64,000 nucleotides of DNA from Proteromonas lacertae (taxonomy: Eukaryota). The position numbers and the translations under genes were made by a program. The stretch lies in contig NGBS01000591.1 in the NCBI GenBank assembly GCA_002245135.1, positions 1 to 64,000 on the forward strand, in the 5' to 3' direction. Below are positions 51,440-63,552 of the stretch, in pieces; position 1 is the stretch's first letter, and each line of letters starts with the position of its first letter. A model generated the notes under the pieces. The model was given only the letters and a program-made list of their open reading frames with translations, did not search any database and had not been told where the DNA came from.

Positions 51440-52264
51440 AAAATAATTAAATTTCGCTTAATCTATCATATCCTGTTCATAATTTTAATAATCTATAATT
51501 CATTCCTTTATATTAGTATAATATCAAAATCTTCAAATAATTATCCATTTTGCTTATCATTAATAATACCAGCAACTAGTGATGATTATTTGAGATGCTA
51601 TAACGTACTAAAGAATAGCATATGCAAATCAATATTACATCCCTATGAAATTGTATTAATAATTTCTGGTTATGAAAAAATTAAAGAACATAATTCATTT
51701 ATTAATAGTATAAAGAATTGTGCTAATAAAACAGTAATTATTTATAGAAAAAAGACTTACAATGCTGCAGAAAACAGGAATCTAGGGTATAAAAAATCTC
51801 ATTGTTCAATTATTTCTTTCTTTGATGTAGATGATGTAATGTCCATCTATAGAATTTTTATTTTAAACAAAATATTTAAAGAAAATAAATATGTAGATGT
51901 TGTGCTTCATCCATCATTTAAAAATAATAGTTTGTTAGATAAAATTAATTTGATCAAATTATACAATAAATATATTGTTGTGAATCAATTCAACATAATT
52001 ACTTGGAAATGTAAAAGAACATATACATTCGATGGTAGAATTAACAAATGTGATATCTCAAATACTTTCTATATCACCAACGGTTGGCCTACTTTAAAAA
52101 GGAGAATTATGGATACTATTAAATTTAATGAATCACTATACTCCACTGAAGATTTAGATTTTCTAACAAAAGTAGTTAAAGATGGACATAAAGTGTCTTT
52201 ATTTAAATATCCTTTAGGATTTTATATAAAAGATAACACATGTAATTACAATAGAACATTATAA
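51440..52264 (+). CDS. GT2-like glycosyltransferase (no ATG found upstream of the TM segment)
   Basis: CLSLIIPAT, NAAENRNLG, ISFFDVDDVM, TEDLDF; paralogue of 54407-55255. Confidence 0.75.
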   Translation, partial: KIIKFRLIYHILFIILIIYNSFLYISIISKSSNNYPFCLSLIIPATSDDYLRCYNVLKNSICKSILHPYEIVLIISGYEKIKEHNSFINSIKNCANKTVIIYRKKTYNAAENRNLGYKKSHCSIISFFDVDDVMSIYRIFILNKIFKENKYVDVVLHPSFKNNSLLDKINLIKLYNKYIVVNQFNIITWKCKRTYTFDGRINKCDISNTFYITNGWPTLKRRIMDTIKFNESLYSTEDLDFLTKVVKDGHKVSLFKYPLGFYIKDNTCNYNRTL

Positions 52265-52280
52265 AAATGAAAAAATAGTA

Positions 52281-53336
52281 ATGATTATAATAATAGTGAA
52301 TATTTTATTCTTTTTTACTACTAATATATTATTATCATCATATATATTGATAAATTCTAAAAATAAAATTCCAAAAATTAATTTACTATTGATATTTCCA
52401 AAAATTGGAAACCATGGGCCTGCTACATTGGCAGATTCTTATTCAAATGCTATAAAGGTTTTAAATAAAAGCATGTTCATAAGAACATATTTTAATATTA
52501 TTCTAATGAGACATATTTCATAGAGTTATTACTTAATCTATGGTAATAAAACTAGCAATATTATTTGGTTTTTATTTAATGATTATTTCTCCAATTTAAA
52601 CATCGCAAATACTATAAAAGCACATAAAAATACAATATATGGACCAATGGTTAGTCCTAAAAAATGGTTTAAATTTCCAATGAATGAAACTTATGAAATG
52701 AATTGGAGCCTTTGCATTAACAAAATTTTTGCTTATGTTGTGCAATCAGAAAGAGTAAAATTACATTTACTTAATCATTCTATGAAAATTAAAGATATTG
52801 ATAAAAAATATATTGTATCACATGGATGTTTATATATAAATACAACATATAATGTAACGCTATGGAGAAATAGAAAAAATGATATATTAATATATGCAAA
52901 ATTTGCTGATATGAATAAAGAAGATAAATTAAAGAGTTTAATTAATATATTAAGAATGAATTATACAATTGAAATAATAAAATATGGTAATCATACAAAA
53001 GAATCTTTGTTAAATTCTTCAATGAATAGTAAAATACTATTATATTATTCATTTTACGATTGTTGGCCATCATCTTTAATGGAGATGCAAATTACAGGAG
53101 TATTTTGCATAGTGCAGCAATGTGAATTTATAGACACGTATGGTATTTGTATAGAAAACTTTGACAAAAATAATAATAAAATAATCAATGCAGTTGTTGA
53201 ATCACTGTCATTTTATCATAGTCCAAAAATAATAGCTAGTCATTATTCTTACAGAAATAATTGTCTAAGAATATTAAACGATACATTATTAGATATATAC
53301 TATAGAAAAACTCAAAATAGAATTAGAAAAATATAA
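52281..53336 (+). CDS. Putative GT-B glycosyltransferase with one in-frame TAG (52521-52523)
   Basis: ORFs 52281-52523 and 52647-53336 share a frame with no other stop between them; TM anchor, GNHGP, IYGP, DCWPSSLMEM. Confidence 0.55.
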
Positions 53337-53343
53337 CATAAAT

Positions 53344-54431
53344 ATGAATAATAGAAATAATTCTTCTCTATTTTTAACATACATTATATTTTTACTATAT
53401 TCAATTATTTACTTCAATACAACTCTTACACCTCAAGTTGGCATAATGTCTTTTATTCACGATAAAACGGGGTTTGGAAATAAAATGGCAGGAATATCTT
53501 CTGCTCTAGCATTTTCAATTATATCAAAAAAACAATTCTATTGTATATTAATGTCGAATCTATTCTAGTATGTGGATGGAAAAATTCAAATTATTTCTTC
53601 AGAATTAATTACTATTATAGAAATACATGCAACATCACAATATCTAGCTATTTTTCTTTAACACCTTACATATATTGTGAAGAATATATTCAAGTTTTTA
53701 AGTATATAATCTATAGTAGAAATAATGTTAAAATATTTTCAAGTCATGATTTAATTCCTTCATCACTTAAAGACAAGTATTTTATTAAAAAATTTATACT
53801 TCACAAATTAATATCTGCTACAATTAAATCTACAATTTATGAAATGGCAATTGAAATAAATTTCTTGCTTTATAAGCATTATATTTCTTTTCCGCAGTAT
53901 ATAGTAAAAAAGGTGAAAGAGTATGTTAATCAATTTAATCACAATTATAAAATTGGTATACAAACAAGAATAGGAGATAAGTGTTTTAAAAGTAAATGTG
54001 GAGTCAAACATAAATATATGCAGACTCTTATAACAGAAATTAAAAAACTTACAAAGGAGAAATATATTATTTTCTATATTAGCGATGCACAAATCAATAT
54101 ATCGCATTATTTTAATACTTCAGTATATATTTTTGAAAGGAATGAAAAACCTTGGCATAGTAAAAGTATTTCAAAATTATTTACAGAGAAGAAAAAAATA
54201 ATAAAATTAATAGGGGATTTAATATTTTATTCTTATTCTCAGTCATATTTGATTTCTCCATTGAGTACATATGGATTGTTAGGATTTCATATAGGAGCTT
54301 TATACAATAACTCAATAAAACCATTTAGAATTACAGGTTATAAGAACATAAATGTTATATACGATATTTTTAAAATAGTTGATCTAAAAGTAAAGTGTAG
54401 AAAATATTACTGGAATGAAGAACATATTTGA
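53344..54431 (+). CDS. Fucosyltransferase-like (GT-B; GT11/23/37/68-type motifs), one intron
   Basis: GFGNKMAG, IGIQTRIGD, FYISD, STYGLLG. Confidence 0.72.
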
Positions 54432-55255
54432 TGATTCAAGCACGAATTGTCTTTAACATAATAGCCTAGTGTAGCATTAATAATTGATACATTATATCTA
54501 TTTATTACAATATGAGAATTAAAATCAGTATCTTGCCCATAGTTTAAAGATTCATTATATTTAATTTTATCTAAAATATATCTTCGCATTGTAGGCCAAC
54601 CATTATGAATATTTTCTTTTTTTATTTCATTTATATATTTGCAACACCATTTCTGATGAGTCATTTCATTGACATAATTTAGTTTATACATATTATATAT
54701 ATGTTTATACGATATATTGAATTTATATTTTAAATAACTACCCTTCATATTGTTCGACTGAAGATATTTACAGTTTGTTGTATATTTATGTAAAACAAAT
54801 TCTACGGTTTTATCTATTTTAAATAAATTATAAAGTATATGAAGTCTATTTTCTGACATTACATCATCCATATCAAAATAAGTTACAATTGGACATTTGC
54901 TTAACAAAAAGCCATAGTTTCGGTTAGATGCGGCATTTTCTCTAGTTTTTCTTAATCCTAAAATAATTTTATTATCCATTCTTAATGTTTTACTAATCAT
55001 TTTTATCTTAGTAAAATTAGAAACTCCACTAATAGTAAGTATTATTTCATCAGCAAAAGAAAAGCTTAAGTAGTTGTAGAAAAACTGCTTATAGCATCTA
55101 AAAAAATCAATTTCTGTAGAAGGAATGATTAATGACATACAATACTGTGAATAATTTTTATTTTTATTCTTTCTATCTAATATTAGAGAAACTAAGATAA
55201 TATAAACAGAAAATATATATAAGATAAGAAATACATAAGTAATATTTCTTGTCAT
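54407..55255 (-). CDS. GT2-like glycosyltransferase
   Basis: TM anchor, MSLIIPST, NAASNRNYG, VTYFDMDDVM, GQDTDF. Confidence 0.8.
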   Translation of the reverse strand: MTRNITYVFLILYIFSVYIILVSLILDRKNKNKNYSQYCMSLIIPSTEIDFFRCYKQFFYNYLSFSFADEIILTISGVSNFTKIKMISKTLRMDNKIILGLRKTRENAASNRNYGFLLSKCPIVTYFDMDDVMSENRLHILYNLFKIDKTVEFVLHKYTTNCKYLQSNNMKGSYLKYKFNISYKHIYNMYKLNYVNEMTHQKWCCKYINEIKKENIHNGWPTMRRYILDKIKYNESLNYGQDTDFNSHIVINRYNVSIINATLGYYVKDNSCLNHQICSSFQ

Positions 55256-55323
55256 AATAATTTTTATTAAATAATCAAATGAACGAATGTTTCAAATAAA
55301 TTTCTTATAAATTTGTTAAATTT

Positions 55324-56214
55324 CTATTTTTTTCTTAGCAGCAAAGGGTTTTGTCCTGTCCATGGTTTACCAAAGAATTCTACTTGTTCAAAGTTAGCAG
55401 CAAAATATTTCATTCTTTCAGGACCATAATTTCTATCTGCATTCCATCTAATGAATGATTTATTTGTATAAGGTAAACCAATTAAAAATAACCCTCCCTT
55501 CTTAAGCATACACCATACCTCTTCTGCTGCTTCAATATCTCCTTCTGGATTTAGTTTATCTCCATATCTTCCAAGACCAGAATGCTCTAGTGATGAATGA
55601 GACACAACAAAATCGAATTGAATACCAGATTTTAAAGCTATATCTGCAAATTTTTCAGGTGTATATGTTTTTAAATATGAAATAGAACAATTTATCTCTC
55701 CATATTCAATTGTACTTATAGATTTAGGGTTCTTAGTAGATATTATAGCTTCAACCCAAGGAGATTCAGATCCAATTACTGCCACGTTTTTATTTACTAT
55801 ATTATATTTTGTAATTGCAGCATCTATAAGGTTTTCTTCATATACACTATACCCTCCAATTTGTTTCTGTAATCTATGTTTTTCTATAAGTTCTTCCATT
55901 AATGAATTATTCCATTCACTTATTCTAGCCTTAAGTCCAGAATATCTCTGTTTAAAGTAATATATTTCTTTAATTGGCATTTCTCCTTTCTGTGTAAATT
56001 TTTCAAATAGGTTTGAAGGGGGAAATTTAGGAGGAGGCCATAAGTCTGCTAGCTTTCTATTTTTCATTCGATTATATATATTTTTACATTCAATTTTTTT
56101 TTCTATACAATCAAAATATATACAGCTTGGTTTTAAGTAGATTCTATTTCTATTCATTACAATTAGTAGATTCAATGTAAAAATAATAATTATAATGGCT
56201 ATAACAAATATCAT
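55324..56214 (-). CDS. DUF268-like SAM-dependent methyltransferase, membrane-anchored
   Basis: VAVIGSESPWVE, SSLEHSGLGRYGDKLNPEGD, LKKGGLFLIGLP. Confidence 0.85.
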   Translation of the reverse strand: MIFVIAIIIIIFTLNLLIVMNRNRIYLKPSCIYFDCIEKKIECKNIYNRMKNRKLADLWPPPKFPPSNLFEKFTQKGEMPIKEIYYFKQRYSGLKARISEWNNSLMEELIEKHRLQKQIGGYSVYEENLIDAAITKYNIVNKNVAVIGSESPWVEAIISTKNPKSISTIEYGEINCSISYLKTYTPEKFADIALKSGIQFDFVVSHSSLEHSGLGRYGDKLNPEGDIEAAEEVWCMLKKGGLFLIGLPYTNKSFIRWNADRNYGPERMKYFAANFEQVEFFGKPWTGQNPLLLRKK

Positions 56215-56266
56215 ATTAGTATTTACTTATAATTGAAAATATAATGATTATTATTATTAAAATGTT

Positions 56267-58291
56267 ATGAAATTAATAGTTATTAGTTTATTTGCGTTTC
56301 TATTATTTATAATTCAAAATGAAAATGATTATTATAAAAGTGTCAGTATTGACTTATTTCTAAATGATATTATTAAAGTATATGAAACTCCAAATATATC
56401 TATAAATGAATCTAAATATTTATCAACTTTGAATGACAATTATTTAATGCTACCCAATATAATAGAGTATGAAATACAAAAGAATATTTACTTGCATAAT
56501 TATCCAAAAATTATAATAGCTGTTTTATCATCACCTCATAATTTTAAGAAGAGATATTCTTTTAGGTATATTAGTAAGAAGTATTGCAACATTAAAACAA
56601 AGTGTATGTTTATTTTCTTTATTGGATCATCCCATTATGAGATGAAGGATTTATTGAATAGAGAAGGAAAATTGTTTAATGATTTAGTAAAATTTTCTTT
56701 TCAAAATAGTTATTATAATCCAGGGTTGTATAAATCGGTCATGACCGACGGAGAAAACCGATCGGTCGTAGGTCAATAAATAAATGTTGACCGACACCAG
56801 GCTGTAGTAACTATTAGCTGACCTCCTCCTAAACATGTGATATTAATAATATTATCTAACTGTACATATTGAATTCAAGCTCTATATATCATTCTATAAA
56901 ATACCCAATTAACCGTCGGTCGATGCGCTTTTTTCTTTCTTCATAATTGAATCTAACCTTACCAATGAGTTATTCTATTGTGTTATATATGTAATATAAA
57001 GTATAGAATGATTATAAAAATTTGAAAGAAAAAATGGCAAACTTTTAGCTTGACATTAATCATTTCTTAAAATTATCATAAATGTATCTAATATAATCTA
57101 TCATTATATATTCTAGGAGTATAGTTTTACCAATTGGAGCGGCTCGTGAAGTTATTGCCTTAAAAGAGGCAAATATGCTTAAACATCTTAATTTTAACTT
57201 TTACAAAACCTTTTGGTATAATATGTTAAAGATAATAAGCCTTGATAAATGCATTTGCAGTAAAAAGAAAGAGATTAATTATGCCAAATGAAGTACAAGA
57301 ATATTTGCAATATGATATTCATTACAGCACCTCTGAAACCATTGGAAATATCTGGCTATCATTAAAGTCCAAGTTTCCTAGGGTATACATACTTGCCAAT
57401 AACAGTTTAAACAGTCTAGCAACATCTTCAGAGCCGACAAATAAGTAACTTATCCAAATCAAATTTATCATGTGATAGATTACAAATGAAACTGATGATT
57501 AGTAGAAATAAATAAGAACATAATTATATAAAATACCTAATTATTGTTGAGTATTAAATTGTAATTCTTTATAAAAAGTTAAAAATTATTTAATTGAATT
57601 GAAAATATATGAATCAAGTATTAAAATATATTATAAGATAGTTTTTATGAAGGGAAAATTAGTATATAATGAATTAAAATAGATTTTATAATATACGGCT
57701 TGTAAGGCTTGACCGACTGACGGTCAAGGCAAAACCTATAGGTTTTGACCTATCTCCGTCGGTAACCGATAAATACAACCCTGTTATAATCTAACACTTC
57801 TTTCAATTATGGCAATAAAATATTGTTATAGATATATAAAAAATATTGATTTCTTTATAAAAACTGATGATGATATGAAAATAAACTATATTAAACTATT
57901 TTATGTGCTGAATAGAATTGACAAAAATAAAAAAATAGTATATGGTCACTTTATTGGTAAGCATAAGGTGAATAGAAATAACAAAAGTAGAACATATATT
58001 CCTTATTTTGAATATCCTTTGGAGTATCATCCTGAATATGTATATGGCGGACTGATAATTATTTCATATACAACATTTAGTGATATATACAATATTACGC
58101 TTCAAAGTCAACGCTATGTATGGAAAGAAGATGTTAATTTAGGTATATTGTGTTTCTTATGTAATATTAGCGTATCTCAATTTCCATATAATTTTGATAT
58201 AGCAATAAAAAGAAAAAATTGCAATATGAATAACAAAACAATTGCAGTTGAGATATATAATCTAGCAGATAGATTTTATTGTGTAAAGTAA
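56267..58291 (+). pseudogene. GT31 beta-1,3-galactosyltransferase split by hAT copy 3
   Basis: Excision restores FQNSYYN|LTLLSIMAIKY..FFIKTDDD..YHPEYVYGG..WKEDVNLG. Confidence 0.9.
56721..57783 (+). mobile_element. Non-autonomous hAT element, copy 3 (1063 bp, opposite orientation, 23-bp internal deletion)
   Basis: Same TIRs as copies 1 and 2; 8-bp TSD TTATAATC at 56713-56720 and 57784-57791. Confidence 0.95.
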
Positions 58292-58355
58292 TTTATTATA
58301 GTAAGGTTATCCAAAATAATGTTATAAAATTGTATAAATACTATTAATAAAGTGA

Positions 58356-59378
58356 ATGGGTTATAATACTGTGAATAAAGTAACCAAGTATGTTTTTATG
58401 ATGATTCTTTTATTTTGGTGTTATAATTCTTTAGATATATTATATTGTGATTCAATTCACACAAGAAAATATATAAATGAACTAAAGTATTTAGAAATTA
58501 AATATAAAAAATGTAATAACATAGTAGATATATTAAGTTGTGGTAGAAGTTATGAAAAATATAAAAAAAGAAAAAGATACAATAATCCTAATTACTTCTA
58601 TACTAATCTTTCTACTGCCATTCAAATAAATGAATTGTCAAAGTATATGGTATGTAAATATAGTTCAATTATAATCGGTATAACCTCAGCTCCAGATTAT
58701 TACAAACAAAGAAGCGCCTACAGGTATTCATATAAAAAGCATAAAACGAATGTTAATTATTATTTCTTTACTGGTATATCTAGCAATAATACAGAAAATG
58801 AATTATTATATAATGAGCAAAATTATTACAAAGATATTATAATTTTCAATTATGTATCATCATACTATAATTCAAGTTTATTGATGGTTTTAACAATGAA
58901 ATGGGTAAATAAACAATGCAATTTATTTAATTATTTTATATATCATACATCTGATGTATATTTTAATGTAAATTTGTTTATAAAGCAATTTAATAATACA
59001 TCGCATAACTATATATGTAATTTAGTTAGAAAAGGTAAGGTAATAAGGTATAACACTAGTAGATTTTACATCCCTCATAGTATATACAACGAAACTTATT
59101 ATCCACCTTATCCAAATGGACCATTAATTGCTTTTTCTAAGAAAACTGTAGCAATAATTAGTAATTTTAATTATAATCTTATTCGAAATTTGTGGATTGA
59201 TGATGTTATTATTGGCATGATATTATCACATCTGAATATTAATGGTAGCAATATAGATAATGTTAATGTTAATTATCCTTACAAAAAACTTACAAATTTG
59301 ACTTCTATTAGAAACAATTACATTTATATACATTCATTATCACCTGGTTCTATTTATTTTCTTTACAATAATGTATAA
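58356..59378 (+). CDS. GT31 beta-1,3-galactosyltransferase-like protein
   Basis: EQNYYKDII, SSYYNSSL, YHTSDVY (degenerate DxD), YPPYPNG, WIDDVIIG. Confidence 0.85.
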   Translation: MGYNTVNKVTKYVFMMILLFWCYNSLDILYCDSIHTRKYINELKYLEIKYKKCNNIVDILSCGRSYEKYKKRKRYNNPNYFYTNLSTAIQINELSKYMVCKYSSIIIGITSAPDYYKQRSAYRYSYKKHKTNVNYYFFTGISSNNTENELLYNEQNYYKDIIIFNYVSSYYNSSLLMVLTMKWVNKQCNLFNYFIYHTSDVYFNVNLFIKQFNNTSHNYICNLVRKGKVIRYNTSRFYIPHSIYNETYYPPYPNGPLIAFSKKTVAIISNFNYNLIRNLWIDDVIIGMILSHLNINGSNIDNVNVNYPYKKLTNLTSIRNNYIYIHSLSPGSIYFLYNNV

Positions 59379-59418
59379 TAATCCTGCTACTAATTTCATT
59401 CAAAAATTTAATATGTAA

Positions 59419-60206
59419 ATGAAATATGTTTATATATTTATATTTGCGATAATAATGTTAGTTTTAAATTATTTATTTAAATATTTATCAAATAATAATA
59501 ATAAATGTATTTTACTTGTAGTAGTAGTATCATGTAATAGATATATTTATTTGAATAGGACTTTATTTCATTTTACTAAACATATTAATGACTATGAACA
59601 GGATATATTATATAGTCTAATACATATTGACCAAGGCACATTTCAAAGAGAAATTATTAAATCAACATATAACATTCATAATTCTATTTATATGAATCCT
59701 ATTGGTTATGAATATTCATTTAATATAATATTTTCTTATTTATACACAAAATATCTATTTATTTTGGAAGAAGATTGGGAAGTTGTTAGAAATATAGAGA
59801 AAGTAATTATTCATCCTTTTTTTATAAAAGAATCATTAGAAATACTTGAAATTGTTAAAATTGTCTATGGAATTCTTTGAGAGAATTAAAAGAACCATCA
59901 ATAACTTACCCTTTAGAAGTAAAAACTAACCTTGGAATTCATACTCTATTTATAGTAAAACCAGAAAAGAAAAGATATAGTTTTACAAATGGAGCTTGCA
60001 TATACAGAGTAGAGAATTTAAAAAAGCTTAAACATTACATAAACGAATATTCAGCATCTCAATTCTTTAAAAATAGAAAATTTTATCTCAGTTTTACTTA
60101 TAAAGGATTAAAAGGGAAAAGAAATAGTAGTGAGGTTCAATATACTATGAAACATATAGGAAAAATAAGTACAAGAAAAAAATTATGCAATATATGGTTA
60201 TATTGA
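59419..60206 (+). CDS. GT-A fold glycosyltransferase-like protein (one T-homopolymer frameshift near 59878)
   Basis: TM anchor, VVVSCNR..LNRTL, YLFILEEDW, FTNGACIYR, MKHIG; joins as YGIL|LRELK. Confidence 0.7.
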
Positions 60207-60391
60207 CAAATACAAATATAAAGAATTTTATGCTTATTTTTTTGTGGTTTATTAGAATTGATATATATCTTCTCATATAGAAACATGAATTATAAATAAT
60301 AAAATAGGAGTAAATGTTTTATTACCATTAATAATTAATATTATATATATATATATTAATTTGTTTGTTTGTTCAACTATGGTATTATAAA

Positions 60392-61082
60392 AATGATATT
60401 ATTGTTTGTTTTAATATCTTTATTTTCTCTATTATATATGATTGAGCGTAATAAAGAAACAAATAACAGAAAATTAAAGAAAATACCATTTAACTTGTCA
60501 ACAAGATATGATATTGGAGATTTGTTAGAATTTGAAAAATTAAAAAGTGGAATTGAAGTAGGTGTACAAAATGGTAGATACTGTGATGTATTATTAAGTA
60601 AGTGGAAATCATGTCAAGAATACGTTATGATTGATCCTTGGTTAAAACAAAAGTATTATGACGATGAGGCTAATGTTGCTAATAATATGCAGAAAGAAAT
60701 ATTTAAAAATTCTATGAATGTAGTTAATAAATATTCAGGAAGAGTTGAATTTATAATTTTAAGAACAATTAGTAAAAATTCTATAAAATATTTACATAAT
60801 AGATTATATGATTTTATATATTTAGATGCTAGACATGATTACATAAGTGTTAAAGATGATTTAAACTATTATTATCCTTTAGTAAGATCAGGCGGAATAC
60901 TGGCAGGACATGATTATCAAAATGGAAATAAAGGTGATTGGAAATTAGATTCAAGTGGAAAAAGAATAAACAGTAACAAAGCTGTAAAAGCAGCTGTAGA
61001 TGAATTTGCTCTTAAATATAGAGTAAATGTAACAGCAACTAATGAGAAAGAATATAGATCTTGGATGATTAGAAAACCGTAA
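60392..61082 (+). CDS. Class I SAM methyltransferase (Methyltransf_24-like), membrane-anchored
   Basis: GIEVGVQNG, IDPW, DFIYLDARHDY, VRSGGILAGHDY, VKAAVDEF. Confidence 0.9.
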
Positions 61083-61614
61083 ATTTATTGTTTTTTCCCT
61101 TTCAAATAATAGTATTACAGATTGTTGCAATTAAATGTTGCTAATTTTCATAATACTTGTATCAGCCATTATGTTTGGCATTTCTGTAACGAATCTTTCC
61201 AAAAAAAAGATTCTTTGTTACAATAAATAAGCACAAACCTCAATTTCACTCTTCTATCAACTTTCTATCATCAATTTTTATCAACTAAATAATATAAACT
61301 GATATAATATTCTAGTTATATATTTAACTAAGTATATTTTAATGAAAAACTAACAAATAATACAATGTATTACAAAATTAATATATGGTTAATTTTTCTT
61401 TTCATCTTCTACGATTTTTATAAATTACATACTTTATTATCTTCATATAACCATAGCTATTGTCAGTCTGTAATTGATTTTAAAAAGCAAGAAACTAGAG
61501 GTTTGTACTTATTTATTGTAACCAAGAATCTCTTTTTTTGGAAAGGAAATGCCAAACATGATGGCTGGTATAAGTATTATGAAATTTAGAAACATTTAAT
61601 TACAAGAATCTGTA

Positions 61615-63039
61615 TTATACAAAATAGTTTCTGTATTTGATTGCTTTTAAATATTTTGATTTATATATATTAAACGTATAATAACCTTTCAAATCTAATG
61701 TTAGAACATATTGTGTTTCTTTTTTTAGTTTATTGTATATAATGTTTATAGATTCATTGCTTTTTATAACAATTGTTTTTAAAGAATGTTTAGTTGTATT
61801 AGGTACTCTTTTATTGTAGAGGAATTGCTATAACTATATTAATAATATTATAATACATTTTCTCTATAATGGTAAGATAGATATTTATCCAATAGGTTAA
61901 TATCAAACAATTCATCAAAAGAACAGTTTTTGTTTTTAGCTTTATTAAACAATAATGCATTTTTGCAACTAAATTTAGGAAGAATAAATATCCTTTTAGT
62001 ATATAATGCTAAAGTAAATCCTAAAACTACTATCATTCTATCATAACTTATGTTATGTAAATAATTGATGTAATTAATGATTAAGTATTTATTGACTTTT
62101 GAACTGTAGTAGTTATTTTCATCAACATTGTACATTAATAACTCTTTTTGCTTATATATTTTACCTCTTAAATATCTATTTATGCAATTGAAATGTAACA
62201 TAACATTCTCTTTAGAATCTATCATAATAAAGATATATATTTAAATATATAATTACGCTTAATTTCATCATAAAACATATTACATTGTTTTAAAAAGTAA
62301 AAACACCCTGAAGTGAATTGATTAATTGGTAATTCTTTTATGCTTAAAATGTTTTTATGTTGTTTAAGTTCTTTATTTATATAATCCTGATCATTATTAA
62401 CACTTCCTTTTCTATATATTGAATTATTTAGAATATGATAGAAAAAGTATAAAGTTCTATTGTTTCTATATATAAAACTATCAAACTAGATTAGTGATTA
62501 TACTAAAATCCACTGTTTATTACTCCAGGTATATCTATAGATGCAACTATATCTTCTTTTCTTTCTATAAGAAAAGGAATTGGATTTTTATATAAATAAA
62601 TATCCAAATCGCAAAGTAATACAGAATAACCATAATATAGAATTTTGTAAATTATTTCTATTTTAGATACTATTATTTTTGAATAATCATTATTCATATA
62701 TATTACGTCTTCGTATAGATTCTTTATTACTCTACCCATTAGAATATTTTTGGTAAACTTTTTACAATAACTATATATATATTTATCAGTTGAAATAATT
62801 AGTATATTTGTTATATTATTTGCATATATTGATGTAATCCAATAATTTTCGAATTGAAGTTTATATTTTTTTGATACTACTGATAAAAATATAATATTGT
62901 CTACTGCTATATTCTTTATAAAATTTTTAGAACATTGTTTGAATAAACTATCACAGATTATATTATTTGATATTGTAGTCCAAAGTAAATTAGAAATAAT
63001 GATTATAATGAACAAAATGTTAATATAAAGGCTAATCAT
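61615..63039 (-). CDS. GT77-like transferase, duplicate of 35424-36848
   Basis: Identical translated exons. Confidence 0.8.
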
Positions 63040-63552
63040 TTGTAGTTTGTTAGAAGCATAAAATTACTTTTCTTTAAGTAATTAGAAGCATCTACTATAA
63101 GAGTTAGTAGAAACCATCAACAACTTATACCAAAAATGCTAATACAAGAAGTCTTGCAGATTTTCAGTATTTAGAATTATGAACAAATATATCGAATTTA
63201 TTAATGAAAAAATGTATATATAAAACAAAGAATTAAAGAAAAAAAGTGTGTAATATTTTTCAACGTTGCTATAAATTATATAAACAATCTTATAAAAACT
63301 CTATAGTTAACATCACATCATTATGCTTAGCAATAAGAATGAAATATTTATATTCTATTACAAACTCATCAATTTGAATTATTTATTCATACTCCCTTTA
63401 TAATTTAACAGATAATCATTATTTAATTAATAATTATGGATAATAATTTTGGTTGAAATATTAATAAAAAGATCAATATGAATGATACAATTCTCTCCTA
63501 TTATCCATAATTACTCCCTTTTATTTCATTAAAATACGTAAATTAAAAATTT

